In this document: piece by piece, positions 18,592 through 28,131 of the stretch
Numbering within the stretch: position 1 is the first letter of the stretch
How the letters are laid out: the number at the start of each line of letters is the position of its first letter
Virus record (IMG/VR): IMGVR_UViG_3300006737_000017
Span: 32,001-96,000 of that record
Reading direction: 5' to 3' (one strand)
Length of the DNA: 64,000 bases
DNA from: a virus
The notes under the pieces: model-generated
Seen by the model: only the letters and a program-made list of their open reading frames with translations
Told to the model about the DNA's origin: nothing
Database searches by the model: none
Position numbers and translations under genes: made by a program

Positions 18592-20135
18592 TGAAATTTT
18601 CAAAGATCATAGAAAACATATTATCAGAAAAAAACAAGTCTCTTGCTAAAAAGGCAGAAAAAACTGGTATTTCTTATAGTATTCTAAAGAAAGTATACGA
18701 TAGAGGAATGGCAGCATGGAATTCTGGTCACAATCCTGGAACTCCTCAAGCTGCTTGGGCAATGGGAAGAGTAAATTCTTTTATTACTGGTAAAGGTGGA
18801 GCAAGAAAAGCTGATGCTGATTTATGGAAAGGTAGAAAGAAAGAATCTATAGAAGAAATCAGAAAAGGCGATTACGTTGATTCAATGGGAGAAATTGGTT
18901 TAGTTAATAAAGTAAAAGGTCAAGTAGCTTATGTTAAGTTTGATTCTAACCCAAAAAGCTTTCATCCAATGATGGCATCATCATTAAAGAAATCTGGTAA
19001 ACACAAGGGAAAAGATTTATACACAGAAGGCAAATTAACTGAAAGTATGATTGGTATACAAACCAAAGCAAACTTCAAACCTAATACATTGAAAGGCGAA
19101 TTAGAAAGAGCTGGAATCAAGGGTTTTCAGATGAATAGATTATCTGTAACAATGACTGCATTGAAATTGGATAAGAAAGATTTCGAAAAAGCTAAAAAGA
19201 TTATAGATAAAATACCTACAGCTAAAATTCAAATGGCTAAGGAAGGTAAAGTAGATAAAGAATATACAAAAGGTTTATCTAACAAGAAAAAGAAGTACGG
19301 CTCTAAAGATGCAATGGAAAAAGAAATAGAAAAGTACAAAGGAAAAGATAAATACAAAGCAGATTGGGATGCCGACTATAAAAAAGACAAAGACGGCAAG
19401 AAAGTAAAGATTAAAACTAAAAAAGGTGCAGCATCTAAAGCTTATGCAAAGATGTATGGAGAATATTTTGGAATAGGAGACATTCAAGATGTAGTTCCAG
19501 AATGGACAACTTTTGCTAAAGATAATCCCAAGTGGACTCCTGATCAAGGTTTAGGAGATGGAGTTGAATTAGAAGAAGCACCATTTGGTTTTACAGGAGT
19601 ACCATTTCCTCAAGAAACTCCTAATGAATTTGCATACTTAGATTTCAAAAAATACGTTTACAAAAACCAAAAAAGCATAAAAAATAAATTGGGATTAGTT
19701 AGACCCGATAAGATGTTCAAAGCAATAGAATTACTTTGGATCATGTGGGCAAAGAGATTTGCAAAAGAATGGTCAAACGTCAAAGGAAATAAATTTGGTA
19801 GAGAATTAACAAAGATGCTTTGGAAAGATAATTTATTATTTGATAAATCTGGTAACAAGATAACTAAATTACAAGAAGCTTCATCAGTTTGGAAAGTACT
19901 AGATGCAAAATGGAAATTGCAGGATGAGATAATGGACTTAGAAATGGACATGAAAGAAATAACTAAAGACTTATCTCAACTCCATAAAGACATGGAACAA
20001 GAAGCTGAACCAGGTGGAGGTAGAATTGCTGATAGATATGGTCGAGAAATAGAAAAGAAAGAAAAAGAATATAAAAAGAAAAAAGCCGAATTCAAAAGGC
20101 TTATGGCTAAACTCGACAGATTAGAATCATATTAG
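18591..20135 (+). CDS. Putative internal head polyprotein with a DUF5824-like first module
   Basis: MKFSKIIENILSE leader; KKAEKTGI..LKKVYDRG.AAW..GH.PG...WAMGRVNSF; internal SIEE, LYTE, KLTE, ELEE, KLQE. Confidence 0.55.
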   Translation: MKFSKIIENILSEKNKSLAKKAEKTGISYSILKKVYDRGMAAWNSGHNPGTPQAAWAMGRVNSFITGKGGARKADADLWKGRKKESIEEIRKGDYVDSMGEIGLVNKVKGQVAYVKFDSNPKSFHPMMASSLKKSGKHKGKDLYTEGKLTESMIGIQTKANFKPNTLKGELERAGIKGFQMNRLSVTMTALKLDKKDFEKAKKIIDKIPTAKIQMAKEGKVDKEYTKGLSNKKKKYGSKDAMEKEIEKYKGKDKYKADWDADYKKDKDGKKVKIKTKKGAASKAYAKMYGEYFGIGDIQDVVPEWTTFAKDNPKWTPDQGLGDGVELEEAPFGFTGVPFPQETPNEFAYLDFKKYVYKNQKSIKNKLGLVRPDKMFKAIELLWIMWAKRFAKEWSNVKGNKFGRELTKMLWKDNLLFDKSGNKITKLQEASSVWKVLDAKWKLQDEIMDLEMDMKEITKDLSQLHKDMEQEAEPGGGRIADRYGREIEKKEKEYKKKKAEFKRLMAKLDRLESY

Positions 20136-20144
20136 GAGACAATC

Positions 20145-20882
20145 TTGATACGCTACACGATGGTAAACGGTACTCAGACTATACAAGAAGTATGCGAATG
20201 TTGTGGCGAAATAACATCTGATCTACATATTTCAGAAATAACTGTAAAGGCTCCAGATGATCCAAGAGATATTATCATCAAAGACAAAGATAATAATAAT
20301 CTAACATTAAAAACCAAAGAAAGATTCATAGCAGATAGGACGGCTTCTTTTATTAAAGAAGGTTTAATGGATGAAGATGATGCAGTTGAATTTAGAACCA
20401 AAAAGGAATTGAAATATGGTATGAGACCAGATGCAATGTGCAGTATGTCTATAGATATAGTAAATGGAGTAACTCAATCTTTCTGCTACAAAACAGACAA
20501 TAACGAATTCCTTAAAAAATATAGTTCAAGCTTTCATGCATCAACAGAAAAAGAATCAACTGAGTTAGGCGTAAAAGTTGGTGTAGATAGAAAAGGAAAC
20601 ATCATCAGAATGAAATCTGAAAAACGTGTAGACTTAGTTACTAGAAGAGTTAAATTAAAAGCTAATGGAGATGAAGAGGAAGTAAAATATAAAGGACAAT
20701 TCGAAACTCCTTGGTTCAGAGAGTTAGAAGATAGAACTAGAACTTTATATCACAAGACAATGCTTGATTGTAAAACTGCTATAAAAGAATTTGGTGAAAA
20801 AGAAGTAGAATCAGGTAAAGCAATGGCAAGATTCAAAACAGTAGATGAATTCAAAAAATATATAGACAAGAATTGCAGATAA
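20145..20882 (+). CDS. Hypothetical protein
   Basis: AGGAG SD before TTG start. Confidence 0.6.
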   Translation: MIRYTMVNGTQTIQEVCECCGEITSDLHISEITVKAPDDPRDIIIKDKDNNNLTLKTKERFIADRTASFIKEGLMDEDDAVEFRTKKELKYGMRPDAMCSMSIDIVNGVTQSFCYKTDNNEFLKKYSSSFHASTEKESTELGVKVGVDRKGNIIRMKSEKRVDLVTRRVKLKANGDEEEVKYKGQFETPWFRELEDRTRTLYHKTMLDCKTAIKEFGEKEVESGKAMARFKTVDEFKKYIDKNCR

Positions 20883-22201
20883 TGAAATTTAAGAAAATCA
20901 TATCAAACTTACAAGAAGAGTATAAATTACCAATTTCTGTTGGTGATACTATCATGATGGGTAGATTCAAAAATAAACCTGTAAAGGTAAAATCTATTTC
21001 TATGAGTGACAAAGGTGATTTATTAATAAATGGTAAATCAGCTGCAAGATTTAGAATTAAAAAATTAGATGAAACTGGAAAAGGTATTTGGCATAACATC
21101 AGAGCTAAAAGAAAAAGAGGAGAAGCTCCCGCAAAGAAGGGGTCATCGGCATATAAAAAAGCTGCAAAGGCAATGAAATCTTTAGAAGAGAAAGCACCAC
21201 CAGGAATGGAAGATGTAGTTTTAGCTCTAAAGAAAAAGAAAGATATTGATAATCCTTATGCAATTGCTTGGTCAATGTATAATAAGAAGAAAAAGAAAGA
21301 GAGCCTTGATGAATGTGTAATTGCACACAAGGTAATAGATGGGAACGTAATACTTGCGAAAAACCGAGATAGAGCTTACGACGTAAAATTAACAGTTGTT
21401 AGAGAATTAATTAATAATATTGAAGTTGTTTATATACACGATGACGATACAGATTGGTCTGAAGGTATGAATGAGTTTGGAATAGGAATTATTAATTCAA
21501 CACTCCAAGGTGAATACGATGAAAAAGAAAAAAAGATTGTAAAGAAAAGTGGAAAACCTTCTAAGGATGGTTTCAAAATGAGAACCGCTTTAGGTTACAA
21601 GAAACTTTCTCGGGTAATAAAATCTATTATAGAATTTACAGGATTCTCCACAGGTGATAATGCTAAATCAGGAGAAGCAACAGGATTGAATGGTCATACA
21701 TTCGTAGCTAACCAGAATAATTCATACGCAATAGAAACTACTTCAATCAATCCTCCAGCTATTAGAAAACTTAGTCATGATAAAGCTCATACTAGAACTA
21801 ATCACGGTAGAGTTTATAAAGACGCAGGATATCAAGATGGTAAAAATGCTAAATCTTCTAAACTTAGACAAAATATATCTTTATCAATAGTATCAAAAGC
21901 AAAAACAAAATATGATATATTAAAAGGTTTACAAGGATATTATGCAAAAGATTATAGAGATAATCCTTATAGAAATAAAGACAAAGTTAACAATCCAACC
22001 GGAGCTGATGTACTTTCTACTACAGGACAATTAATGCTAGATCTAACTGACAAAATATTAACTGTTACAATGGATAAAACTAAGTCAGAATTTTTAGGAA
22101 TAGACGATAGAACGCCTGAATCTTATAAACCAAAAATAAAAGTTAATGTACAATATACAATTCCATTCGAATCAGATGGTGGAGATAGCGATGAGTCATA
22201 A
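20882..22201 (+). CDS. Polyprotein ending in an Ntn-hydrolase domain (Cys nucleophile)
   Basis: MKFKKIISNLQEE leader; SLDE/CVIA...AKNRDR...EGMNEFGIGI...RTNH. Confidence 0.7.
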   Translation: MKFKKIISNLQEEYKLPISVGDTIMMGRFKNKPVKVKSISMSDKGDLLINGKSAARFRIKKLDETGKGIWHNIRAKRKRGEAPAKKGSSAYKKAAKAMKSLEEKAPPGMEDVVLALKKKKDIDNPYAIAWSMYNKKKKKESLDECVIAHKVIDGNVILAKNRDRAYDVKLTVVRELINNIEVVYIHDDDTDWSEGMNEFGIGIINSTLQGEYDEKEKKIVKKSGKPSKDGFKMRTALGYKKLSRVIKSIIEFTGFSTGDNAKSGEATGLNGHTFVANQNNSYAIETTSINPPAIRKLSHDKAHTRTNHGRVYKDAGYQDGKNAKSSKLRQNISLSIVSKAKTKYDILKGLQGYYAKDYRDNPYRNKDKVNNPTGADVLSTTGQLMLDLTDKILTVTMDKTKSEFLGIDDRTPESYKPKIKVNVQYTIPFESDGGDSDES

Positions 22202-22379
22202 GGTTTTTATTCGTCACACTTATATTTATAAATGTTCAGATAAAGAATGTCATGGAGAATGGAAAATCAATGAAGCAATTAATTTAGAAAGATTAAGCTG
22301 CCCTCATTGTGGTAAAGTTGACACTGTACATTATGTACAAGTAGATCAAAGAGAAAAGTATCAAAGAAGATGGGAATAA
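22191..22379 (+). CDS. Small zinc-ribbon protein
   Basis: C..C and CPHC. Confidence 0.6.
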   Translation: MSHKVFIRHTYIYKCSDKECHGEWKINEAINLERLSCPHCGKVDTVHYVQVDQREKYQRRWE

Positions 22380-22990
22380 AATTAAAAAACGTAATTCTAC
22401 TAGATAAACTAGTTTACTCTGATAAATTAGAGGAAAAAGAGATTGGAAAATCTTTTCAAGGATTCCCGTTAGAACAATTCAAGGGTTCTCCACCTCCAAA
22501 AAATAGTAGCTTAGTTTCATTTAATGAAATGAGAAACTTGGAAAATATAACTGCTGACATAGACATCCAAGCTGCAGACAATGTTGAAAAATACTTCGAA
22601 GATAATTGCAAAGGTATTGGGATAGAATATCCAAAAGAATATATTGGAAAGATATTAGACGATTCAGTTGGAGTAATTTTACACTTGAAAAATTATTACA
22701 ATAGACCTAGGCCTGCTCAACTTGCAAAAACTTTAGGTCTGAAATTTCATGAAGAACCCCTAGCTTCTTCAAAGACTCCTTCATTTCCATCTGGGCATTC
22801 TATACAAGGAAGATTAGTTTCAATAATACTTTCTGAAATATATCCAGAACACAAAGAATCTTTAATGCTTATAGGTAATGCAATTTCAACAAGTAGATTA
22901 CTTGCTAAAGTTCATTACGAGTCAGATTCAATATTTGGATTGCACGTTGGTGAAAAAATGGCTAAATATTATTTGGATAAGTCAAAATAA
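22370..22990 (+). CDS. PAP2/haloperoxidase-superfamily phosphatase
   Basis: KNYYNRPRP, PSFPSGH, SR....VHY. Confidence 0.85.
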   Translation: MGIKLKNVILLDKLVYSDKLEEKEIGKSFQGFPLEQFKGSPPPKNSSLVSFNEMRNLENITADIDIQAADNVEKYFEDNCKGIGIEYPKEYIGKILDDSVGVILHLKNYYNRPRPAQLAKTLGLKFHEEPLASSKTPSFPSGHSIQGRLVSIILSEIYPEHKESLMLIGNAISTSRLLAKVHYESDSIFGLHVGEKMAKYYLDKSK

Positions 22991-23003
22991 TTTATTATAT
23001 TGT
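22972..23003 (+). promoter_or_regulatory. Early-type promoter
   Basis: TTTGGATAAGTC-N-TATATTGT, with ATG a few nt downstream. Confidence 0.75.
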
Positions 23004-23008
23004 ATATT

Positions 23009-23536
23009 ATGATTAAACTAAAAGATATATTAAATGAAGCAAGAAGCTTAAGTGTATTTGATTTCGATGATACCCTTGCTTTCACAGATTCTTGGGTTTA
23101 TGTAAAAAAGAACGGCGGTGAATACAAATTAGATTCAGCTGAATTCGCAGTTCACAAATTAAAACCTGGTGAAAGTTATGATTTCAGAGATTTTGATAGA
23201 ATGTTAAGAAAACCTCAGATCATAAAGAAAAATGTAGAAATACTTAAAAAACAATTGAAAAAAGTTGGTAGAAGAGTTACAATTTTAACAGCAAGAGCAG
23301 TTGGTTTTCCTGTAAAACATTTTTTCAAAACTTTAGGAATAGACGTTTATGTTGTAGCAGTCGGTTCTGCAGATCCCAAAGTTAAATCTGATTGGATAGA
23401 AGATCATATAAAGAAAGGTTATAACCCTGTATATTTCATAGACGATTCTAGTAAAAATATAGCAGCTGTTGATAAGCTAAAAAGAAAATATCCAAAGACT
23501 AAGATTAAAACGTATTTATTCAAAGGTCACAAATGA
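23009..23536 (+). CDS. HAD-superfamily phosphatase
   Basis: VFDFDDT, ILTAR, K, FIDD; MIKLKDILNE leader. Confidence 0.8.
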   Translation: MIKLKDILNEARSLSVFDFDDTLAFTDSWVYVKKNGGEYKLDSAEFAVHKLKPGESYDFRDFDRMLRKPQIIKKNVEILKKQLKKVGRRVTILTARAVGFPVKHFFKTLGIDVYVVAVGSADPKVKSDWIEDHIKKGYNPVYFIDDSSKNIAAVDKLKRKYPKTKIKTYLFKGHK

Positions 23537-23958
23537 TTAAGCTAAAAAGTATATTAACAGAAGTTTCTAAAAAAGACATAATGGATATAGTTAAAAAAGT
23601 TTATCCATACATCGCTAAAGATTTAGGTGGAAGGGCTGTTAAAGTAGAAGTTCATAATAATATATACAAAAGAATTGGTGCTGTTGGCATTGAAGATATG
23701 ATGAAAGATAATAATCCTTTTGCAGAATACGATTGGGATAGAAATAGAATTTATTTATATGCATCAGCCATATCTAATGTTGAACAGGTAATAAGATCAT
23801 TGTTACATGAACATACTCACACAAAACAAGATAGAAAAAAATTCAAAGCTGGTTATGAATCTGGAAAATATAATTATTCAACACACCCATATGAAAAAGC
23901 AGCAGTTAATTCAGAAAAAAAATGGAAGAAGTATCTAAAATATTTGGATAAGTCATAA
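23533..23958 (+). CDS. Zincin-like metallopeptidase
   Basis: LLHEHTH..Q and downstream PYE; MIKLKSILTE leader. Confidence 0.7.
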   Translation: MIKLKSILTEVSKKDIMDIVKKVYPYIAKDLGGRAVKVEVHNNIYKRIGAVGIEDMMKDNNPFAEYDWDRNRIYLYASAISNVEQVIRSLLHEHTHTKQDRKKFKAGYESGKYNYSTHPYEKAAVNSEKKWKKYLKYLDKS

Positions 23959-23974
23959 AAATTTGTTATATTAG
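23943..23974 (+). promoter_or_regulatory. Early-type promoter
   Basis: TTTGGATAAGTC-N-TATATTAG. Confidence 0.75.
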
Positions 23975-23978
23975 TAAT

Positions 23979-24491
23979 ATGTTAAAATTATCAGACGTAC
24001 TTATGGAAGCTTTACCTGGAGAAAAATCAGCTGGAGCTATTATCTTTAGAAGAGATTCCAAGGGCATACAATATTTACTGCTATTTGGTGATAAAATTGG
24101 ATGGGGATTCCCAAAGGGCCATATAGATAGTGGAGAAGAACCTAAGGAGACTGCTATTAGAGAGATAGAAGAAGAGACTGGTATTATCATAGACGAGTTT
24201 ATTCCGAATTTCGAAGCTTATACTCAATATGATATGAAGCTAGATTATTCTAAAACTCCTCCTGAACCGCTTGAAAAACCCTACATAAAGACTTGTGTAT
24301 ATTATTTAGCTGAAGTCCCCAAAGGACAGAAGGTTAAAATATCGCATGAACACGAAAAATATATTTGGGCAACTTATTCAGCAGCTCAAGAAAAAATAGA
24401 ATTTAATAAAGATATACTTAAAAAAGCAGACAGGATAATTTCAAATGGCACCAGAAGTAAAAGCATACATAAAAGGAAGAGAAATAATTAG
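23979..24491 (+). CDS. Nudix hydrolase (Ap4A-hydrolase-like)
   Basis: SAGAIIFR, WGFPKGHIDSGE...AIREIEEETG, ISHEH..Y.W; MLKLSDVLME leader. Confidence 0.9.
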   Translation: MLKLSDVLMEALPGEKSAGAIIFRRDSKGIQYLLLFGDKIGWGFPKGHIDSGEEPKETAIREIEEETGIIIDEFIPNFEAYTQYDMKLDYSKTPPEPLEKPYIKTCVYYLAEVPKGQKVKISHEHEKYIWATYSAAQEKIEFNKDILKKADRIISNGTRSKSIHKRKRNN

Positions 24492-24621
24492 AAGTTGTAA
24501 GACTCATACTCAATTGATAAATGCATACAATTGGATATGGTTATACAAAAATATGTATGGTAAAACTGAATACTGGAAAAAATTAATTAACTATTGCACA
24601 CAAAGGAGAAATAGAATATGA
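24445..24621 (+). CDS. Small hypothetical protein (58 aa)
   Basis: Open frame MAPEVKAYIKG... Confidence 0.45.
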   Translation: MAPEVKAYIKGREIIRSCKTHTQLINAYNWIWLYKNMYGKTEYWKKLINYCTQRRNRI

Positions 24622-24687
24622 ACTATTGGACAACAACAACAACTTGGGGTGATATACCTGTAAATTATATTATGGTAGAGAAATAAT

Positions 24688-24921
24688 ATGGGATTTCATA
24701 AAAGATACATATCAGAGGACCAAGTTTGTTATAGATATACACATTACGGTATGGAGGAAGTTTTGAAATGGATAAGATCTGCAGATGCAATTATTTGCAC
24801 TGACCCTTTTACTATGGAATTAACGGATGTGCTTGATTCAGAGGGAGATAAGACTAAAATATGGAACAAAGCTTCAGAGATGATTGCTATGAAATCTCTA
24901 GAAATGGGGAAAAATTCCTAG
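24688..24921 (+). CDS. Hypothetical protein
   Basis: ORF track. Confidence 0.6.
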   Translation: MGFHKRYISEDQVCYRYTHYGMEEVLKWIRSADAIICTDPFTMELTDVLDSEGDKTKIWNKASEMIAMKSLEMGKNS

Positions 24922-24928
24922 GAACCTA

Positions 24929-25014
24929 TGACAAATTGTCACTAAAAAACTTTGAAAAGTGGACAAATTGTCACCTAAAAAATTTGGATAAGTCGATTTT
25001 TTTTCTTATATTTA
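24929..25014 (+). promoter_or_regulatory. Two (T/G)GACAAATTGTCA palindromes followed by an early-type promoter
   Basis: Palindromes at 24929 and 24961; TTTG at 24983, TATATTTA at 25007. Confidence 0.8.
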
Positions 25015-25049
25015 TATATAAATAATTAACTAACACAAAAAACACTACT

Positions 25050-25340
25050 ATGAGTAAAAAAGAATTAGGTAACACTGGAAAAATTAAAAAAGAAAGTAAC
25101 TACAAAAAAGCTGATTACATTTATAGCTATAAGCTAGGTAAGGATTATCAGATAGAATTAGTAAATAATATGATTTACTATAAAAAGAAAGATGCCTTTG
25201 GTGCTTTCAATCTAGTTAAAGCTGAGGAAACTCCGACTAAGATGTACGGACATTCGGAATTAAAAGAATTAGCTTTAGATATCTCAAAGAAAATGGGACT
25301 TAAATTAACAGCTGCTATCACAGGTTCAGTAATATCTTAA
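25050..25340 (+). CDS. Early hypothetical protein, paralog of the N-terminal domain of 9111..10937
   Basis: YQIELV..IYYKK..LVKA..G..ELKELA..I.K. Confidence 0.65.
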   Translation: MSKKELGNTGKIKKESNYKKADYIYSYKLGKDYQIELVNNMIYYKKKDAFGAFNLVKAEETPTKMYGHSELKELALDISKKMGLKLTAAITGSVIS

Positions 25341-25341
25341 T

Positions 25342-25418
25342 TGTTAATAACTTACTCGAAATTGTTAATAACTTCGAGTCAAAATATTTGGATAAGTCAT
25401 AATTTATTCTTATATTTA
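25342..25418 (+). promoter_or_regulatory. Twin TGTTAATAAC boxes plus an early-type promoter
   Basis: Boxes at 25342 and 25363; TTTG at 25387. Confidence 0.8.
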
Positions 25419-25453
25419 TATATAAATAATAACAATCACTAACACTACACTAT

Positions 25454-27478
25454 ATGGCAAAAGCTTTCAATAATTATTCTTCATTCTGGTTAGATGACTA
25501 CACTTCTAATGTCGATGTTCTAACAGGAGAAAAGATTTCAAATGGTAAAGATTACATCAAGATGGCTTCAAGATTAAAAGCTATCGGTAACTTTGTTAAA
25601 ATCGTTTCTGGTAACGATGTCAAGGTTCAATATAATAATAGAGATGAATCTTTCACCGATGGTAAAACAGTTACTATCTCATCAAAAATTAACGGTAAAT
25701 CATTCGATTCTACCGTCGGTCTTGCTTTACACGAGGGATCTCACGTTAAATTATCAGACTTCACATTACTTAAAAACTTAATGGGTTACAACGGTAATGA
25801 TTATCTAAAAACCAGATTCGATTTCGAAATCACTAATGAAATGGAATCAAAAGGTTTATCAATGATGACTCTTAAAGATATTATCAATGTTATCGAGGAT
25901 AGAAGAATTGATTACGATATATTTACTAATGCTCCTGGATATCAAGGTTACTACAATGCTTTATACGAAAGATATTTTCATGCTAAAGTAATTGATAAAG
26001 CTTTAATTTCTGGTGAACACAGAGAAGAATCTGTTCAATCTTACATGTTTAGAATTATCAATTTAACTAATTCAAACAGAGATTTATCTGCTCTTAAAGG
26101 CTTAAGAGAAATTTATTCTATTATCAATCTTGCTAATATTTCCAGATTAAAAACAACTGGTGAAGTAGTTGAAACAGCTATAGAGGTATTAAAAGTAATA
26201 GATAAACACATTCCATTACCAGAATCTGAAGATGATTCTAATTGCAATGGCAATGATGATAATAAAGATGAAAATCAAGAGGAATCAAATTGCTCAAACG
26301 GTAGTTCTTCTGGAGACTGTAAAACACCAGAAGGAAATTCTGATGATGATGGTTCTACTACATCAGGTGAAGATGTTAATCTTAAAGATGATGAATCTTT
26401 ATTACCTGAATTATCACCTAATGATAAATCTAAATTAAACAAAGCTATTCAAAAGCAAAAAGATTTTATCAGAAGTAATATTAAAAAATCTTCAATTCGT
26501 AAAGCTGAAAAACAAAAAATTGATGCTATCAATAATTCAAACGCTTCATACGAAACAGTTGGTACTGGAATTGGAAATGCCTGGTACAAAACTTCAAATG
26601 GAGTTGATTGCTTAGTCGTTAGAAACATTAATAAATCAGTAATTGATTCTCAAGCATTTGAAACATTAACCGCTAGAAAATGGTCTTTAGAAAATAACCA
26701 AGAATCTATTGATTTAGGTATTAAACTCGGTACTCAATTAGGAAGAAAACTTCAAGTTAGAAACGATTCTAAAGAATTAAAATACAACAGATTAAATGCT
26801 GGTAAGATTGATAAAAGATTAATCGCTTCAGCTGGTTTTGGTAATGAAAACATCTTTCAACAAGTTTTCATAGATAATCACAAAGATGCTAATGTTCATA
26901 TTTCAATTGATGCTTCTGGTTCTATGGGAGGTAAAAAATGGGACAAATCAATAACATCAGCAGTTGCTATTGCTAAAGCTGCTTCAATGGTTGGTAATCT
27001 TAACGTTACTATTTCATTCCGTTCAACTGAATCACAAGGAAAGAAATACATGCCAGCTATCTTTATAGCTTATGATTCAAAGGTTGATAAAATCAAAAAG
27101 ATTCAAACTTTATTCAAGCACGTCACTTGCCCTGGTACTACACCAGAAGGTTTATGTTTTGAAGCTATTCAAAAGGAAATACTATCTTCTTCAAACAATT
27201 TAGATAGTTACTTTATCAATTTCTCAGATGGTGAACCTTACTTTGAATCAAAAGATATTTCTTACTATGGCGATGAAGCTACAAAACATACTGCTCAACA
27301 AGTTAAAACATTTAGAGACAAAGGTATCAAGGTTTTATCATACTTCATAACTGGTTCAGCTGATACTGAAACTTCAAAATCTTTCAAGACAATGTACGGA
27401 CCAGATGCTTCAAATGTTAACGTCAACAACTTAGCTCAACTAGCTAAGACATTAAATAATATGTTTATAGAGAAATAA
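25454..27478 (+). CDS. VWA-domain protein with an N-terminal HExxH domain (CobT/MoxR-partner type)
   Basis: ALHEGSH, NVIEDRRI, acidic linker, IDASGSM (MIDAS), T, FSDGEP. Confidence 0.85.
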   Translation: MAKAFNNYSSFWLDDYTSNVDVLTGEKISNGKDYIKMASRLKAIGNFVKIVSGNDVKVQYNNRDESFTDGKTVTISSKINGKSFDSTVGLALHEGSHVKLSDFTLLKNLMGYNGNDYLKTRFDFEITNEMESKGLSMMTLKDIINVIEDRRIDYDIFTNAPGYQGYYNALYERYFHAKVIDKALISGEHREESVQSYMFRIINLTNSNRDLSALKGLREIYSIINLANISRLKTTGEVVETAIEVLKVIDKHIPLPESEDDSNCNGNDDNKDENQEESNCSNGSSSGDCKTPEGNSDDDGSTTSGEDVNLKDDESLLPELSPNDKSKLNKAIQKQKDFIRSNIKKSSIRKAEKQKIDAINNSNASYETVGTGIGNAWYKTSNGVDCLVVRNINKSVIDSQAFETLTARKWSLENNQESIDLGIKLGTQLGRKLQVRNDSKELKYNRLNAGKIDKRLIASAGFGNENIFQQVFIDNHKDANVHISIDASGSMGGKKWDKSITSAVAIAKAASMVGNLNVTISFRSTESQGKKYMPAIFIAYDSKVDKIKKIQTLFKHVTCPGTTPEGLCFEAIQKEILSSSNNLDSYFINFSDGEPYFESKDISYYGDEATKHTAQQVKTFRDKGIKVLSYFITGSADTETSKSFKTMYGPDASNVNVNNLAQLAKTLNNMFIEK

Positions 27479-27480
27479 TT

Positions 27481-27765
27481 ATGAAAATAACAATTTGGGT
27501 ACATAAATCAGAAGCGATTTCTGGTAAAATTACTAATTATGCTTACACTAGACCATATCACGATAGGAATGAAGAATGGGTACAAATTCAAATCACACAA
27601 GATGAATTTGCAAATTTGGAAGACAAAGATAAAAATGACAATGTTCGTAGCGATGAATGGTTAGTAGAACAATACAATAGGAACAGAGCTCCTGAGGATC
27701 ATATAACATCAATTGATGAAATGAGCCCTAAGTTACAAGCTCTATTAATGAATACAAAATTTTAG
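27481..27765 (+). CDS. Hypothetical protein
   Basis: ORF track, operon spacing. Confidence 0.6.
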   Translation: MKITIWVHKSEAISGKITNYAYTRPYHDRNEEWVQIQITQDEFANLEDKDKNDNVRSDEWLVEQYNRNRAPEDHITSIDEMSPKLQALLMNTKF

Positions 27766-27768
27766 AAT

Positions 27769-28131
27769 ATGGCAATAAATGAAAGAAAAAGACAACAGTT
27801 TTGGGAAATGCAATCCTTTATCAAAAAGAAAATAAAGGGTGCTCATACCAAAGTCAATTCAGATGGGTCAGTATATGTTGCTGATGCAAATGGAAAGAAT
27901 ACTATAGGAACAAAATATCCATCTCTAGCTCTAGCACCAGATGTTTTTACAGCTTGGAAAAATGCTTATGTAGTTGAACATTGGAATCGACAAGAAGCTA
28001 GAAGTATTAGAGGTATCCAATGTGATATTAGAAACAATACTGTTCAAGGTGGAGAGGAATTGTCAAAAGCTATACACGAATATTTCGAAGAAGATATTGA
28101 AATGTATGACGAAGAAAACGTAAATGAGTAG
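27769..28131 (+). CDS. Hypothetical protein
   Basis: ORF track, operon spacing. Confidence 0.6.
   Translation: MAINERKRQQFWEMQSFIKKKIKGAHTKVNSDGSVYVADANGKNTIGTKYPSLALAPDVFTAWKNAYVVEHWNRQEARSIRGIQCDIRNNTVQGGEELSKAIHEYFEEDIEMYDEENVNE

Noticed and set aside
22970-23958. Shared C-terminal YLDKS in the PAP2 and metallopeptidase proteins
   Set aside because: Explained by the overlapping TTTGGATAAGTC promoter, not a protein motif
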